A stretch of DNA of 64,000 nt, from the sequence record OP292654.1; one strand, 5' to 3'. The position numbers and the translations under genes were made by a program. Below the pieces are notes generated by a model. The model made no database searches and was not told the origin of the DNA. It worked only from the letters and a program-made list of their open reading frames with translations. Within the stretch, counting starts at the first letter, position 1, and each line of letters opens with the position of its first letter. Below, in pieces: positions 1 to 8,319 of this stretch.

Positions 1-495
1 GCACAGGCTGAAATTTCTAAGTTTAATGCTTCTTCTCCAGTGAAAATTGGTCAAGAATTTAAATCCAAGAAAGGTATTACATATCGTTATGTTGGTGGAA
101 ATCGTTTTATTTCTGATAATGGTAAACTATTACCTCCAGATGTAGCACAAAAAGTACTGGCAAATTTATCACAACAACAATCAAGTGATGAAAGTTCTCC
201 AGAGGGTCAACCACAAGGTGAACCACAAGATCAATCTCAAGGTTCAAGTACTGATACCAGTACTCCTGAAGGTCAGCCAGAACAAGGTTCAAATAATGAT
301 TCACAAGATGCTCCTGAAGGTGATGACCCATTACAGGCACTTGCTAACGATATTAAAGCAAGCCCACTTGCTCGTAAGATTGTAGTACTTCTAAGTCGTG
401 GTGATGATTTATCACTACTAGCTGCTGATATTATGCTTTCTGGACAGCAAAAGGAAGCAACAGAGATTCTAAAATCATTAAATAATGAAGATTAA
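1..495 (+). CDS. Hypothetical protein, 5'-truncated, with Q/E/G/S low-complexity linker
   Basis: Frame 1 is open from base 1 (AQAEISKF...) through the track ORF 40..495. No homology recognised. Confidence 0.75.
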   Translation, partial: AQAEISKFNASSPVKIGQEFKSKKGITYRYVGGNRFISDNGKLLPPDVAQKVLANLSQQQSSDESSPEGQPQGEPQDQSQGSSTDTSTPEGQPEQGSNNDSQDAPEGDDPLQALANDIKASPLARKIVVLLSRGDDLSLLAADIMLSGQQKEATEILKSLNNED

Positions 496-516
496 TTATA
501 AAAGGAATTAGTTCTT

Positions 517-1458
517 ATGAAAAAACAAATTAATGAGGCATCAGTTCGTATAGATGTTCAAGGTTTAGAATCTAGCGATCTTGACACACTATCCCGTATG
601 CTTGCTCTCGCAGGGCAAGCTGAACGTGGTTCCTCTCAATTAGGTGGAATGACTTCAATTCCTGCTATTGCTCCACTAGATTTAGATAGTATGGGCGGGG
701 ATACTGAAACTCAACCTATTATGAGTCCTGATATGGCTCCTAGTGCTGATGATATGTCTGGTGCTGGTGACGATGCTCTAGGCTCAGCAGTCAGTGATTT
801 AGCTGGCTCAGTGACAGATTTTGGTGATGATTCACTTGACGGCGGGGTTGCTGGTGGTGTAGACTCTATGGATGCTCCAGAAGAACCAAGCTTAGGATTA
901 GATGAACCAGAAATGGATTCTACTGATATGGGTGATGATGATTTTGATATGGGTCGTATGTCTTCCCTCGCAGGTATTCGCGAAAGTGTTGATGACGATG
1001 AATCAGATGATATTGACGCAGAAAGCAGCGATGCCGCTGAAGAAGATGCTGATGAATCTGTTTCAGAAAGCCTCCTACCAGATTTATCTCTAGACGAAGA
1101 TTCAATTGCTACTGATTCTCAAAAAGAATTCGGTCCATTCCGTTCAGAACATGAATGTGTAATTGATGGTCAACGTCAAACTAATGGTTTCGAAGGTGAC
1201 AACTTTATCGTTGTTCCTAAAGGTAACGCATTCTACTGGCGTAGAACTATGCAAGAAGATGCTACCACTGAACCAAACCCTGAATTCTATGATGACGAAG
1301 GTATTCAACATTCTCGACATGCGTATAAAGGTAAACAACCTGGAACTGCATTAGGTGACAATCCACTTGTACATGAAAGTGAAGAAGATGATGAATCCGT
1401 TGAGGACATTTTCGAATCAATTAATAACAAGTATAAGAAATTTATGGATGGTCTATAA
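517..1458 (+). CDS. Very acidic hypothetical protein, possible prohead core or internal head protein
   Basis: 313-aa ORF with AAGGA SD, D/E/S-rich. Multiple (I/L/V)-x-E-(S/A) motifs (INEAS, IRES, VHES, IFES) resemble T4 gp21 cleavage sites. Confidence 0.7.
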   Translation: MKKQINEASVRIDVQGLESSDLDTLSRMLALAGQAERGSSQLGGMTSIPAIAPLDLDSMGGDTETQPIMSPDMAPSADDMSGAGDDALGSAVSDLAGSVTDFGDDSLDGGVAGGVDSMDAPEEPSLGLDEPEMDSTDMGDDDFDMGRMSSLAGIRESVDDDESDDIDAESSDAAEEDADESVSESLLPDLSLDEDSIATDSQKEFGPFRSEHECVIDGQRQTNGFEGDNFIVVPKGNAFYWRRTMQEDATTEPNPEFYDDEGIQHSRHAYKGKQPGTALGDNPLVHESEEDDESVEDIFESINNKYKKFMDGL

Positions 1459-1865
1459 TGAGTAGCATGAAAAATTTAATGGAATCTATTGATGACATTT
1501 ATGAAGCAGACGAAGATTCGTTTGAACAAGAATCTGAGCTTTCTGCTCCAGAACTATTAAAAGAAATCGTAGGTTCCCTACGTGATCTATCAACTAAAGT
1601 TGCTGATGGATCAATCGAAGATTTATCATCCCTAACTTCTGATTTACAAACTATCTCCGATTCACTAAAAGAACTAACTGGTTCTGATGAAAGTTCAGAA
1701 GATGAATATTCTGATGAATTTGAATCTAATGACGGTGAAGATGAACTTGAAGAAGATTATGGTGCTGAAGGTATGGGACCATCTTTCGATGCTAATGGCA
1801 CTCAGAATTATGAGAATCCACAAGGTTCTTCATATCCTGAGAAGAAAGGTTTTGTGGGAATCTAA
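1458..1865 (+). CDS. Acidic hypothetical protein, possible head internal protein
   Basis: Start overlaps upstream stop (TAATG). Motifs LMES, IYEA, LEED. Confidence 0.7.
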   Translation: MSSMKNLMESIDDIYEADEDSFEQESELSAPELLKEIVGSLRDLSTKVADGSIEDLSSLTSDLQTISDSLKELTGSDESSEDEYSDEFESNDGEDELEEDYGAEGMGPSFDANGTQNYENPQGSSYPEKKGFVGI

Positions 1866-1867
1866 TC

Positions 1868-2242
1868 ATGGTCCCAAGAACCAACAGTACTGAAATTCAA
1901 TATGGTGTATTAAATGCTATTAAGAAAGTTTATGAATTTGATTCTGAACTCAATGATAGAATGATACTGTTATCCATTTTTGATAATTACAGAACTGGTG
2001 GTGGCTTGCGGTTGAGTAAGTTAGGATTTCAAATTTGTGAAGATAATTCCTTATATGAGTTCCTAGCTATTCCGCTTAAGAAGCAGGATCGTAATTCGAA
2101 CGTTTACACATCTTTAGACCGTATTTGCACCACTCCTTACTATATAGTAGGAGACACTTTGTACTTATCAGACGACTTAGTGATAGCACAACTCACATTT
2201 TGTAGAGATGATTTTTCTAAGTTGTTTGCCGCATTTTTGTGA
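1868..2242 (+). CDS. Hypothetical protein
   Basis: 124-aa ORF tightly packed after the previous gene. Confidence 0.7.
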   Translation: MVPRTNSTEIQYGVLNAIKKVYEFDSELNDRMILLSIFDNYRTGGGLRLSKLGFQICEDNSLYEFLAIPLKKQDRNSNVYTSLDRICTTPYYIVGDTLYLSDDLVIAQLTFCRDDFSKLFAAFL

Positions 2243-2268
2243 AACGGAAAGTAAATTTGTGGTATAAT
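2241..2268 (+). promoter_or_regulatory. Phage non-late promoter, GAAACG-N16-TATAAT with extended TG
   Basis: gaaacg 2241-2246, gtggtataat ending 2268. Same spacing as five other copies. Confidence 0.75.
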
Positions 2269-2296
2269 GGAATTGTTAAGATAACAATGGAAGCGT

Positions 2297-2331
2297 AGAA
2301 AGCACTGACTAAAATCAGTGCTTTCTTTTTT
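2297..2331 (+). terminator. Intrinsic terminator-like hairpin between the promoter and the MoxR gene
   Basis: agaaagcactga-ctaaaa-tcagtgctttct followed by a T run. Confidence 0.7.
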
Positions 2332-2387
2332 GCCAAACGGATTTGGTTAATGAAGTTCAACATAACAAATGGTAGAAGAATACGAGT

Positions 2388-3722
2388 ATGAGTAACGCAG
2401 TAGCACCTGAAAACGCCCTAAAATATGATTTAAAACCTTCCCAAATTATGGAAGCTATGATGGTAGCAGATATGTGCCGTGATAGTTTAATGATTTGGGG
2501 TTCTCCGGGAATTGGTAAATCCGCAATTGCCCTTCAATACGCAAATGAAATGTATCCACTGCGTAAAAATAATATTAACCGTTTAGCATACATGCTACAA
2601 CGTGCCGAAGATCCAGAGGATGAAATGGTAACGATGGCAGATTACCATGCGTTCGAAGCATCCCTACTTGATCAGGACGAGAACTTTATTGATTTCCGTC
2701 TTTCTCAGGTTGAACCTTCTGATCTTCGTGGTATTCCTATTCCTGTCAAGTACTTCCTGAACCGCGAAGGTAAAGTAGTACTAGAACATGAATTGGCTGA
2801 CCATCCTGGCTATACTGAAGAAACTGGTGTAGTATGGGCTGCTCCTAAAATTCTTCAGCTTCCTCGTGATTGGCAAGGTGTTATCATCTTTGATGAAATT
2901 AACTCCGCAATGCCAATTGTCCAGGCAGCATCTTATCAGTTGATTCTGGATCGCCGTGTTGGTGAACTAATTCTTCCTGAAAGTTGCTTGATTCTGGCAG
3001 CAGGAAACCGTGAAACTGATGGTGGTGTAACATTCTCACTGGCAACACCTCTGCGTGACCGTATGACCCACGTAGAAATGATTCCTGATTATACTGACTG
3101 GCTGAATAACTTTGCTATTCCAAAACGTCTGAATCCAGGAACTATCGCATTTATTCATCAAACTGGTGCTAAATGGTTTAACACATTAAGCCCTAAAGAT
3201 ACAAGTCACAGTGGCGGTTCATCCCCTCGTTCATGGACTCGTGTTTCTGATATTGAAAATGTCCGTGGCACTCGTGGAATTTCCGATCCAGTATATAAAG
3301 CAATGGTTGCTGGACGTGTTGGTAGTACTGCTGGTATTGAATATACTACTTACATTAAAAACATGGCTGACCTACCTGATGTAATGGATATTCTGAATGG
3401 TGTGGTAACTGATTTCGGTGATCACAAGAAAGAAATTTCCAAAAACTACTTCATCACACTCAGTCTTACTCAGAAAATCATTGAGTTTTTCGATGTTAAA
3501 AACACTGGTGAATTACCATTGGAAACATGGCGTTTGTATTGTACTAGTTTTGTTGAATTCTTAGAATCTCAATTCTCTGAGACTCAAAAAGAACTAATCG
3601 TACATGCGATTCGTGCTATTACTGATGCTGACGTAAATATTACGTATAAAGAAGTACCAGCATTTAAACCGTTTGTAACCAAATACGGTCCACTGCTGCG
3701 TAAAGCACGTACACTGAAGTAA
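2388..3722 (+). CDS. MoxR-like (AAA_5) AAA+ ATPase
   Basis: Walker A GSPGIGKS, Walker B IIFDE, sensor AAGN, arginine finger LRDR, SPRSW motif. Adjacent to a vWA gene. Confidence 0.9.
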   Translation: MSNAVAPENALKYDLKPSQIMEAMMVADMCRDSLMIWGSPGIGKSAIALQYANEMYPLRKNNINRLAYMLQRAEDPEDEMVTMADYHAFEASLLDQDENFIDFRLSQVEPSDLRGIPIPVKYFLNREGKVVLEHELADHPGYTEETGVVWAAPKILQLPRDWQGVIIFDEINSAMPIVQAASYQLILDRRVGELILPESCLILAAGNRETDGGVTFSLATPLRDRMTHVEMIPDYTDWLNNFAIPKRLNPGTIAFIHQTGAKWFNTLSPKDTSHSGGSSPRSWTRVSDIENVRGTRGISDPVYKAMVAGRVGSTAGIEYTTYIKNMADLPDVMDILNGVVTDFGDHKKEISKNYFITLSLTQKIIEFFDVKNTGELPLETWRLYCTSFVEFLESQFSETQKELIVHAIRAITDADVNITYKEVPAFKPFVTKYGPLLRKARTLK

Positions 3723-3729
3723 TACAATT

Positions 3730-3751
3730 AAAGGGGCTTCTTGCCCCTTTT
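3730..3751 (+). terminator. Hairpin / intrinsic terminator
   Basis: aaaggggc-ttctt-gcccctttt. Confidence 0.65.
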
Positions 3752-3767
3752 GTTATTTGAGGATTTT

Positions 3768-5144
3768 ATGACAAATAAAAAACGAATCCCGTACAAAGTA
3801 TCGGACGAAAAAGCACAAGATTGCTTAGACAGAATTATTGTGGCACGTACAACTATGATCATGGCATGTCCATTCTTTGGTGTACTTGCCGCTCAGTTGG
3901 AACCAGTAGCTAATAATACTTGGTGTCGTACATTAGCAGTAGATGGTAAACATCTTTACTATAACATTGAATTTATCACTGGAATTGAAGACCCTGCTCG
4001 TCGTCAAGAATACGAAGATATGCTTCGTGAAAGTATTGATGATTTAACTACTGAGCAAATTAATGACGCTCTGAATGGATTAACTCAACAGAACTTAATC
4101 GCAGCAGTATGTCATGAAATTCTTCATTGTGCGTATAATCACTTCCTTCGTAAAGGAACACGTGATGCTAAAATGTGGAATAAAGCTGCGGATTACGCAA
4201 TTAACCAAATTATCAAACGTGATAAAGCACTTGGTGAAATTCGTAATTCATGGTTATTCGATCCTGAATTCGATAAGATGCCTGCTGAAGAAATTTACAA
4301 TATTCTTATGGAACGTCAGGAACAAGAAGAATCTGGTAAAGGTGGTAAAGGAACAGGTGGCGGTACTTTAGACCAACACAATATTCCACAGGAAGGTCAG
4401 CCATCGGACGGTGATAGTGAAGATGGTGAAGGTTCTGATGGCGATTATGATGATCTACCTAACTTCTCACAAGAGGAATTAGAAGAATTCATGGAGTCCT
4501 TTAAGGACGCAATGATCAACGCAGCAATGGCACAAGGTGCTCCACCAGAAATTCGTGCTATGGTTCAGGATTTTAAAGAACCCAAGATTGATTGGCGAAC
4601 TAAACTTAACCGTACCTTACGTTCATTGATTAAAAACGATGTAACGTATATGATGCCGAATCGTCGTTCATGGGCTAATGGTATTGGTTTCGGTATGCCA
4701 ATTTATCCAGGTATGAAACCTGATGAAGATATTGACATTTGTATCGCACTTGATGCATCTGGTAGTATTCGTTCAGAGTGGCTAAAAGACTTCTTATCAG
4801 AAGTATATGGAATGACAAAACAATTCTCACAATTCAAAATTCGCGTACTAACATTTGATACTAGTATCTATGAAGTACATGATTATCAAACTGGTCAAGA
4901 ACAACAAATTCTTGAGTATCCAGTACGAGGCGGTGGCGGTACATTGTTTACTGCTGTGTGGGATTTTATGAAAGCGGAAGAATACTGTCCAAAACAGTTA
5001 GTGATGTTTACGGATGGTGAACCGTGGGGTTCATGGGGAGATCCAAACTATTGTGATACGATGTTTGTAATCCATTCAAACCCTAAAGTAGAAGCTCCTT
5101 TTGGTGTGACAGTTCATTACGAACTTGAACAGCAAGTAGCATAA
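3768..5144 (+). CDS. Zincin-like metallopeptidase (HExxH) plus vWA domain protein (DUF2201-like)
   Basis: TLAVDG motif, CHEILH (HExxH), acidic Gly linker, MIDAS LDASGS and FTDGE. Start moved to ATG 3768 after GAGGA. Confidence 0.88.
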   Translation: MTNKKRIPYKVSDEKAQDCLDRIIVARTTMIMACPFFGVLAAQLEPVANNTWCRTLAVDGKHLYYNIEFITGIEDPARRQEYEDMLRESIDDLTTEQINDALNGLTQQNLIAAVCHEILHCAYNHFLRKGTRDAKMWNKAADYAINQIIKRDKALGEIRNSWLFDPEFDKMPAEEIYNILMERQEQEESGKGGKGTGGGTLDQHNIPQEGQPSDGDSEDGEGSDGDYDDLPNFSQEELEEFMESFKDAMINAAMAQGAPPEIRAMVQDFKEPKIDWRTKLNRTLRSLIKNDVTYMMPNRRSWANGIGFGMPIYPGMKPDEDIDICIALDASGSIRSEWLKDFLSEVYGMTKQFSQFKIRVLTFDTSIYEVHDYQTGQEQQILEYPVRGGGGTLFTAVWDFMKAEEYCPKQLVMFTDGEPWGSWGDPNYCDTMFVIHSNPKVEAPFGVTVHYELEQQVA

Positions 5145-5154
5145 TACTAAATAG

Positions 5155-5178
5155 AAGGTCGTCAAGGATGGCGACCTT
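5155..5178 (+). terminator. 10-bp stem-loop after the vWA gene, lacking a U tract
   Basis: aaggtcgtca-agga-tggcgacctt. Confidence 0.5.
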
Positions 5179-5188
5179 ACAAATATTT

Positions 5189-5216
5189 GGAACGTACCAC
5201 ACTTTTGTGGTATAAT
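5189..5216 (+). promoter_or_regulatory. Phage non-late promoter GGAACG-N16-TATAAT
   Basis: ggaacg 5189-5194, gtggtataat ending 5216. Confidence 0.8.
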
Positions 5217-5249
5217 ATAGATAATTCAAAAATACATGGAGTGTATATA

Positions 5250-5486
5250 ATGAGCAATCAAATTCAAGAAGAAACCGTAGTTGGACCACAACTAGAATTC
5301 ATTGATATTATCAATGCTACAAAAATCATGGAAGCAGCTATTGAGCGTGGTATCTTTAATGTTAAAGAACTAGCAGATGTAGCACCAATTGTTTCACGTT
5401 TCCAAGATTTCTCCGCTGCTATTCTAGCAGATCAAGAAGCTCGTAATGCTGCTGCACAAGAAGCTTCTGATTCAGAAGGAGAATAA
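5250..5486 (+). CDS. Small hypothetical protein (78 aa)
   Basis: ATG 5250 after GGAG and downstream of the promoter. The track start 5187 lies inside the promoter. Confidence 0.75.
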   Translation: MSNQIQEETVVGPQLEFIDIINATKIMEAAIERGIFNVKELADVAPIVSRFQDFSAAILADQEARNAAAQEASDSEGE

Positions 5487-5487
5487 T

Positions 5488-6144
5488 ATGAGTATTGTAC
5501 GTCATTGTGGTGTAGTCCGTAGTACTGGTTCTCGTGTTTTCGTCGTATGGCGTCAACTGGAAAATGATCCAAACCATTGCCTAGTAGTTTATCGCGACTC
5601 TCTCCCTGAAGTTTATTCTAATCGTGTTGCTGAGCTTGTTCTCGGTCGTGGTCAGAGTTCAATTGAACTATGGGATGTAATGGATAAAATCGGAACCCTA
5701 GAAGGTGGAAACATGCTTTCCGTACTTCACCGTATGGGCTATATCCGTAAACAAAATACCCTAGATATTGACATGCATGTTGGTGGAACTAATAAGATTC
5801 CTCTAAACGTACTGAATGAAGAAATTAACCAAAGTGCTGTTGTACAAGACGGTACTGTTAAGGCATTCAATCCTTACGAACAACAAGAAACGCAAGTTCA
5901 ATATCCAGAACAAGGTACTATCGTATCTCGTTTGCTAGAAGAAGCAACTAAGTATGAAACTCTAGCTCGTGAAAATCGCGAACGTGCTTATAACCTAGAC
6001 CCAAGTCTACGTCCACAAGCATCAGTAGTTGAAGCTGACAGTCAAGAATCCACTTCACTGTATCTTGAACTACCAGAAGGTATCTCACAAGCTAAAGCAG
6101 TAGAACTTGTCAAAAAAGCATTGAAAGAACGTAAAGGTGAATAA
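5488..6144 (+). CDS. Hypothetical protein
   Basis: ATG 5488 after AGGAG, C-terminal helical region. Confidence 0.75.
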   Translation: MSIVRHCGVVRSTGSRVFVVWRQLENDPNHCLVVYRDSLPEVYSNRVAELVLGRGQSSIELWDVMDKIGTLEGGNMLSVLHRMGYIRKQNTLDIDMHVGGTNKIPLNVLNEEINQSAVVQDGTVKAFNPYEQQETQVQYPEQGTIVSRLLEEATKYETLARENRERAYNLDPSLRPQASVVEADSQESTSLYLELPEGISQAKAVELVKKALKERKGE

Positions 6145-6452
6145 TGTCAAAAGTTAGTAGGGAAGATATTCTTCAGTTAATTATTGAAGAACGCTTAAAA
6201 CAAATGAGCAACCCAAATACTTTAGCAGATCATCTTAAAACGAAAAATGATTGGACAGGTTTAGCTGGGTATTACTTATTTGAAAGTGCTTCTAGACCTG
6301 ATAAACATGTTTCGTTTGACGAATTTCGTCAATCACTGATTAAATCAGCAGCCGTTATTCTAGCGGCTCTTGAGACAAGTTTTTCTTTAGAAGATGATAG
6401 TATAAAAGAATTATTATCTAAACTGGAAGATAAAGAAGATGACTCGCAATGA
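6144..6452 (+). CDS. Hypothetical protein
   Basis: 102-aa ORF with TAATG overlap. Confidence 0.7.
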   Translation: MSKVSREDILQLIIEERLKQMSNPNTLADHLKTKNDWTGLAGYYLFESASRPDKHVSFDEFRQSLIKSAAVILAALETSFSLEDDSIKELLSKLEDKEDDSQ

Positions 6453-7026
6453 TCTCCAAGAGATGTTGTTAGAGTTCGAAAACGTATGTTTTAGTGGCGG
6501 TGCTGCGGGTGCAGACCGCCTTTTTGGTTTGTGGGCTGAGGAAAATGGACATGATGAAGTCCATTTTTCATTTAAAGGTCATAAAGCACATGTCAAGCCT
6601 GAAACAGTACTAGAACTCCCATTTGAAATGCTTACTTCACCAGAAGTAGGTTATCAACTCAAACTAGCAAATAAAGCTTTAGGTCGTAGTGTTCCTCGTT
6701 GGGGATATGTCTATAATCTATTAGCTCGTAATAGCTATCAAATTTTCTGTACTGAACGTGTATATACCATTGGTCAATTAGTATCTCCTACTCAATTGGA
6801 CGGTGGAACAGCATGGGCTGTACAAATGTACTTAGACTTGCCATCTGAAGAAAAAGAAATCTATCATTTTGATATTATGGATAAGTTAACATACAAGTAC
6901 TGTAACGAAACAAAACAATTCATTCAAGTTGATTCTGTTCCTGCTCCACATGGTCGTTGGACAGGTATTGGTACTCGTCGTGCTACAGAAGAAGATTTAA
7001 GAGCATTTGAAGCGAAGTTTATCTGA
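6439..7026 (+). CDS. SLOG-superfamily (YspA/DprA-like Rossmannoid) nucleotide-binding protein
   Basis: N-terminal FSGGAAGAD loop, LLARN, GGTAWAV, WTGIGTR motifs typical of SLOG folds. Confidence 0.65.
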   Translation: MTRNDLQEMLLEFENVCFSGGAAGADRLFGLWAEENGHDEVHFSFKGHKAHVKPETVLELPFEMLTSPEVGYQLKLANKALGRSVPRWGYVYNLLARNSYQIFCTERVYTIGQLVSPTQLDGGTAWAVQMYLDLPSEEKEIYHFDIMDKLTYKYCNETKQFIQVDSVPAPHGRWTGIGTRRATEEDLRAFEAKFI

Positions 7027-7394
7027 TGACTAATTTAGTAGAAGTTCCTGACCAATATGATGTTGGTTATGATGTTGGATATGAAGATGGTGTTGAAGCT
7101 GGTACTGAACGTACTACTGAAATGTACGATAAAATTATTGAACAAATGGAAAAGGATCATGCTGACGGTATTGAAGAATTACAAACCGAGCATGAACTTG
7201 AAATAAAAAGAGAACTAAAAACTGCTATTGAAGATGAACAAGAAAAATTCGATAATCATTTGAATGAATTACAATATAACATGGAAAACATGATTCTCAA
7301 CTTTCAAAGTACTATTAAACAATTAAAAGAAGAGAATTTTGCTCTAAGGAAAGAGAATGCAACAATTACACGATCTATACAAAAAAGTTCTTGA
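7026..7394 (+). CDS. Coiled-coil protein with GxxxG repeats (FliH-like N-terminus)
   Basis: VGYDVGYEDGVEAG followed by a heptad-rich acidic helix. Confidence 0.6.
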   Translation: MTNLVEVPDQYDVGYDVGYEDGVEAGTERTTEMYDKIIEQMEKDHADGIEELQTEHELEIKRELKTAIEDEQEKFDNHLNELQYNMENMILNFQSTIKQLKEENFALRKENATITRSIQKSS

Positions 7395-8286
7395 ACATGG
7401 TACTGTTAGTACTGACCGAACTGGTGTAGGTACTATTAAGCTCATGGGTGAAACAATGCGTTTTGACCTTTCTGAGTATTTTCCTGCCCCAACAACTAAA
7501 CGTCTAGCGTGGAAAGCAATGGCATCTGAACTTATTTGGTTCGTAGAAGGTTCACATGATGAACGCCGCCTTGCTGAAATCCTATATGGAACACGTGATG
7601 AATCTAAGAAAACTATCTGGACAGATAATTACCTCAATCAAGGTATTGCTCTAGGTTATTCCGATGGTAATCTCGGTCCAGTATATGGTAAGCAATGGCG
7701 TAATTGGGTAGATTACCAATTCGCACAAGATATTCATGAAATTACTGCATTACAAGCTAAAGGTTATGAAGTACTTGAAGCTACTCAATTCAGTGGTGTT
7801 ATTATGCGTCGTAGTACTGATCAACTTCAAGTACTTATTGATGGGTTGAAGAATAATCCTGATTCTCGTCGTCATATTATGACCGCATGGAACGTAGGTG
7901 AATTAGATCAAATGGCTCTGCCACCATGCCACTGCTTTAGTCAGTTCTTTGTAAATGATGGAAAACTATCTTGTATTCTATATCAACGTAGTTGTGATCT
8001 ATTCTTAGGCGTACCATTCAATATCGCATCATATTCACTACTAACACATATGTTGGCACAAGTATGTGGCCTAGAAGTAGGTGAGTTTGTGTGGATGGGT
8101 GGTGATGTTCATATCTATCAAAATCATGTTGATGCTGTAAATGAGCAGCTTTCTCGTGAACCACGTGAAATGCCTACACTATGGATTGATAAGAGTATTA
8201 CTAATATTGAAGATTTCACAATGGAATCATTCAGGTTAGAAAATTACAATCCAGATGCAACCATTAAAGCACCAATGGCTGTATAA
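7357..8286 (+). CDS. thyA: Thymidylate synthase
   Basis: DRTGVGT, LGPVYGKQWR, PDSRRHI, MALPPCH (catalytic Cys), YQRSCD, GVPFNIASY, GDVHIYQNH. Confidence 0.98.
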   Translation: MQQLHDLYKKVLEHGTVSTDRTGVGTIKLMGETMRFDLSEYFPAPTTKRLAWKAMASELIWFVEGSHDERRLAEILYGTRDESKKTIWTDNYLNQGIALGYSDGNLGPVYGKQWRNWVDYQFAQDIHEITALQAKGYEVLEATQFSGVIMRRSTDQLQVLIDGLKNNPDSRRHIMTAWNVGELDQMALPPCHCFSQFFVNDGKLSCILYQRSCDLFLGVPFNIASYSLLTHMLAQVCGLEVGEFVWMGGDVHIYQNHVDAVNEQLSREPREMPTLWIDKSITNIEDFTMESFRLENYNPDATIKAPMAV

Positions 8287-8292
8287 ACAATT

Positions 8293-8319
8293 AAGGGAGC
8301 CGATGGCTCCCTTTTTTTA
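8293..8319. terminator. Bidirectional terminator between convergent thyA and fibre genes
   Basis: aagggagcc-gat-ggctccctt followed by a T run. Confidence 0.8.

Noticed and set aside
7357-8286. Possible group I intron in thyA, as in T4 td
   Set aside because: The frame is continuous with all motifs in order and the insertion is only about 35 codons.
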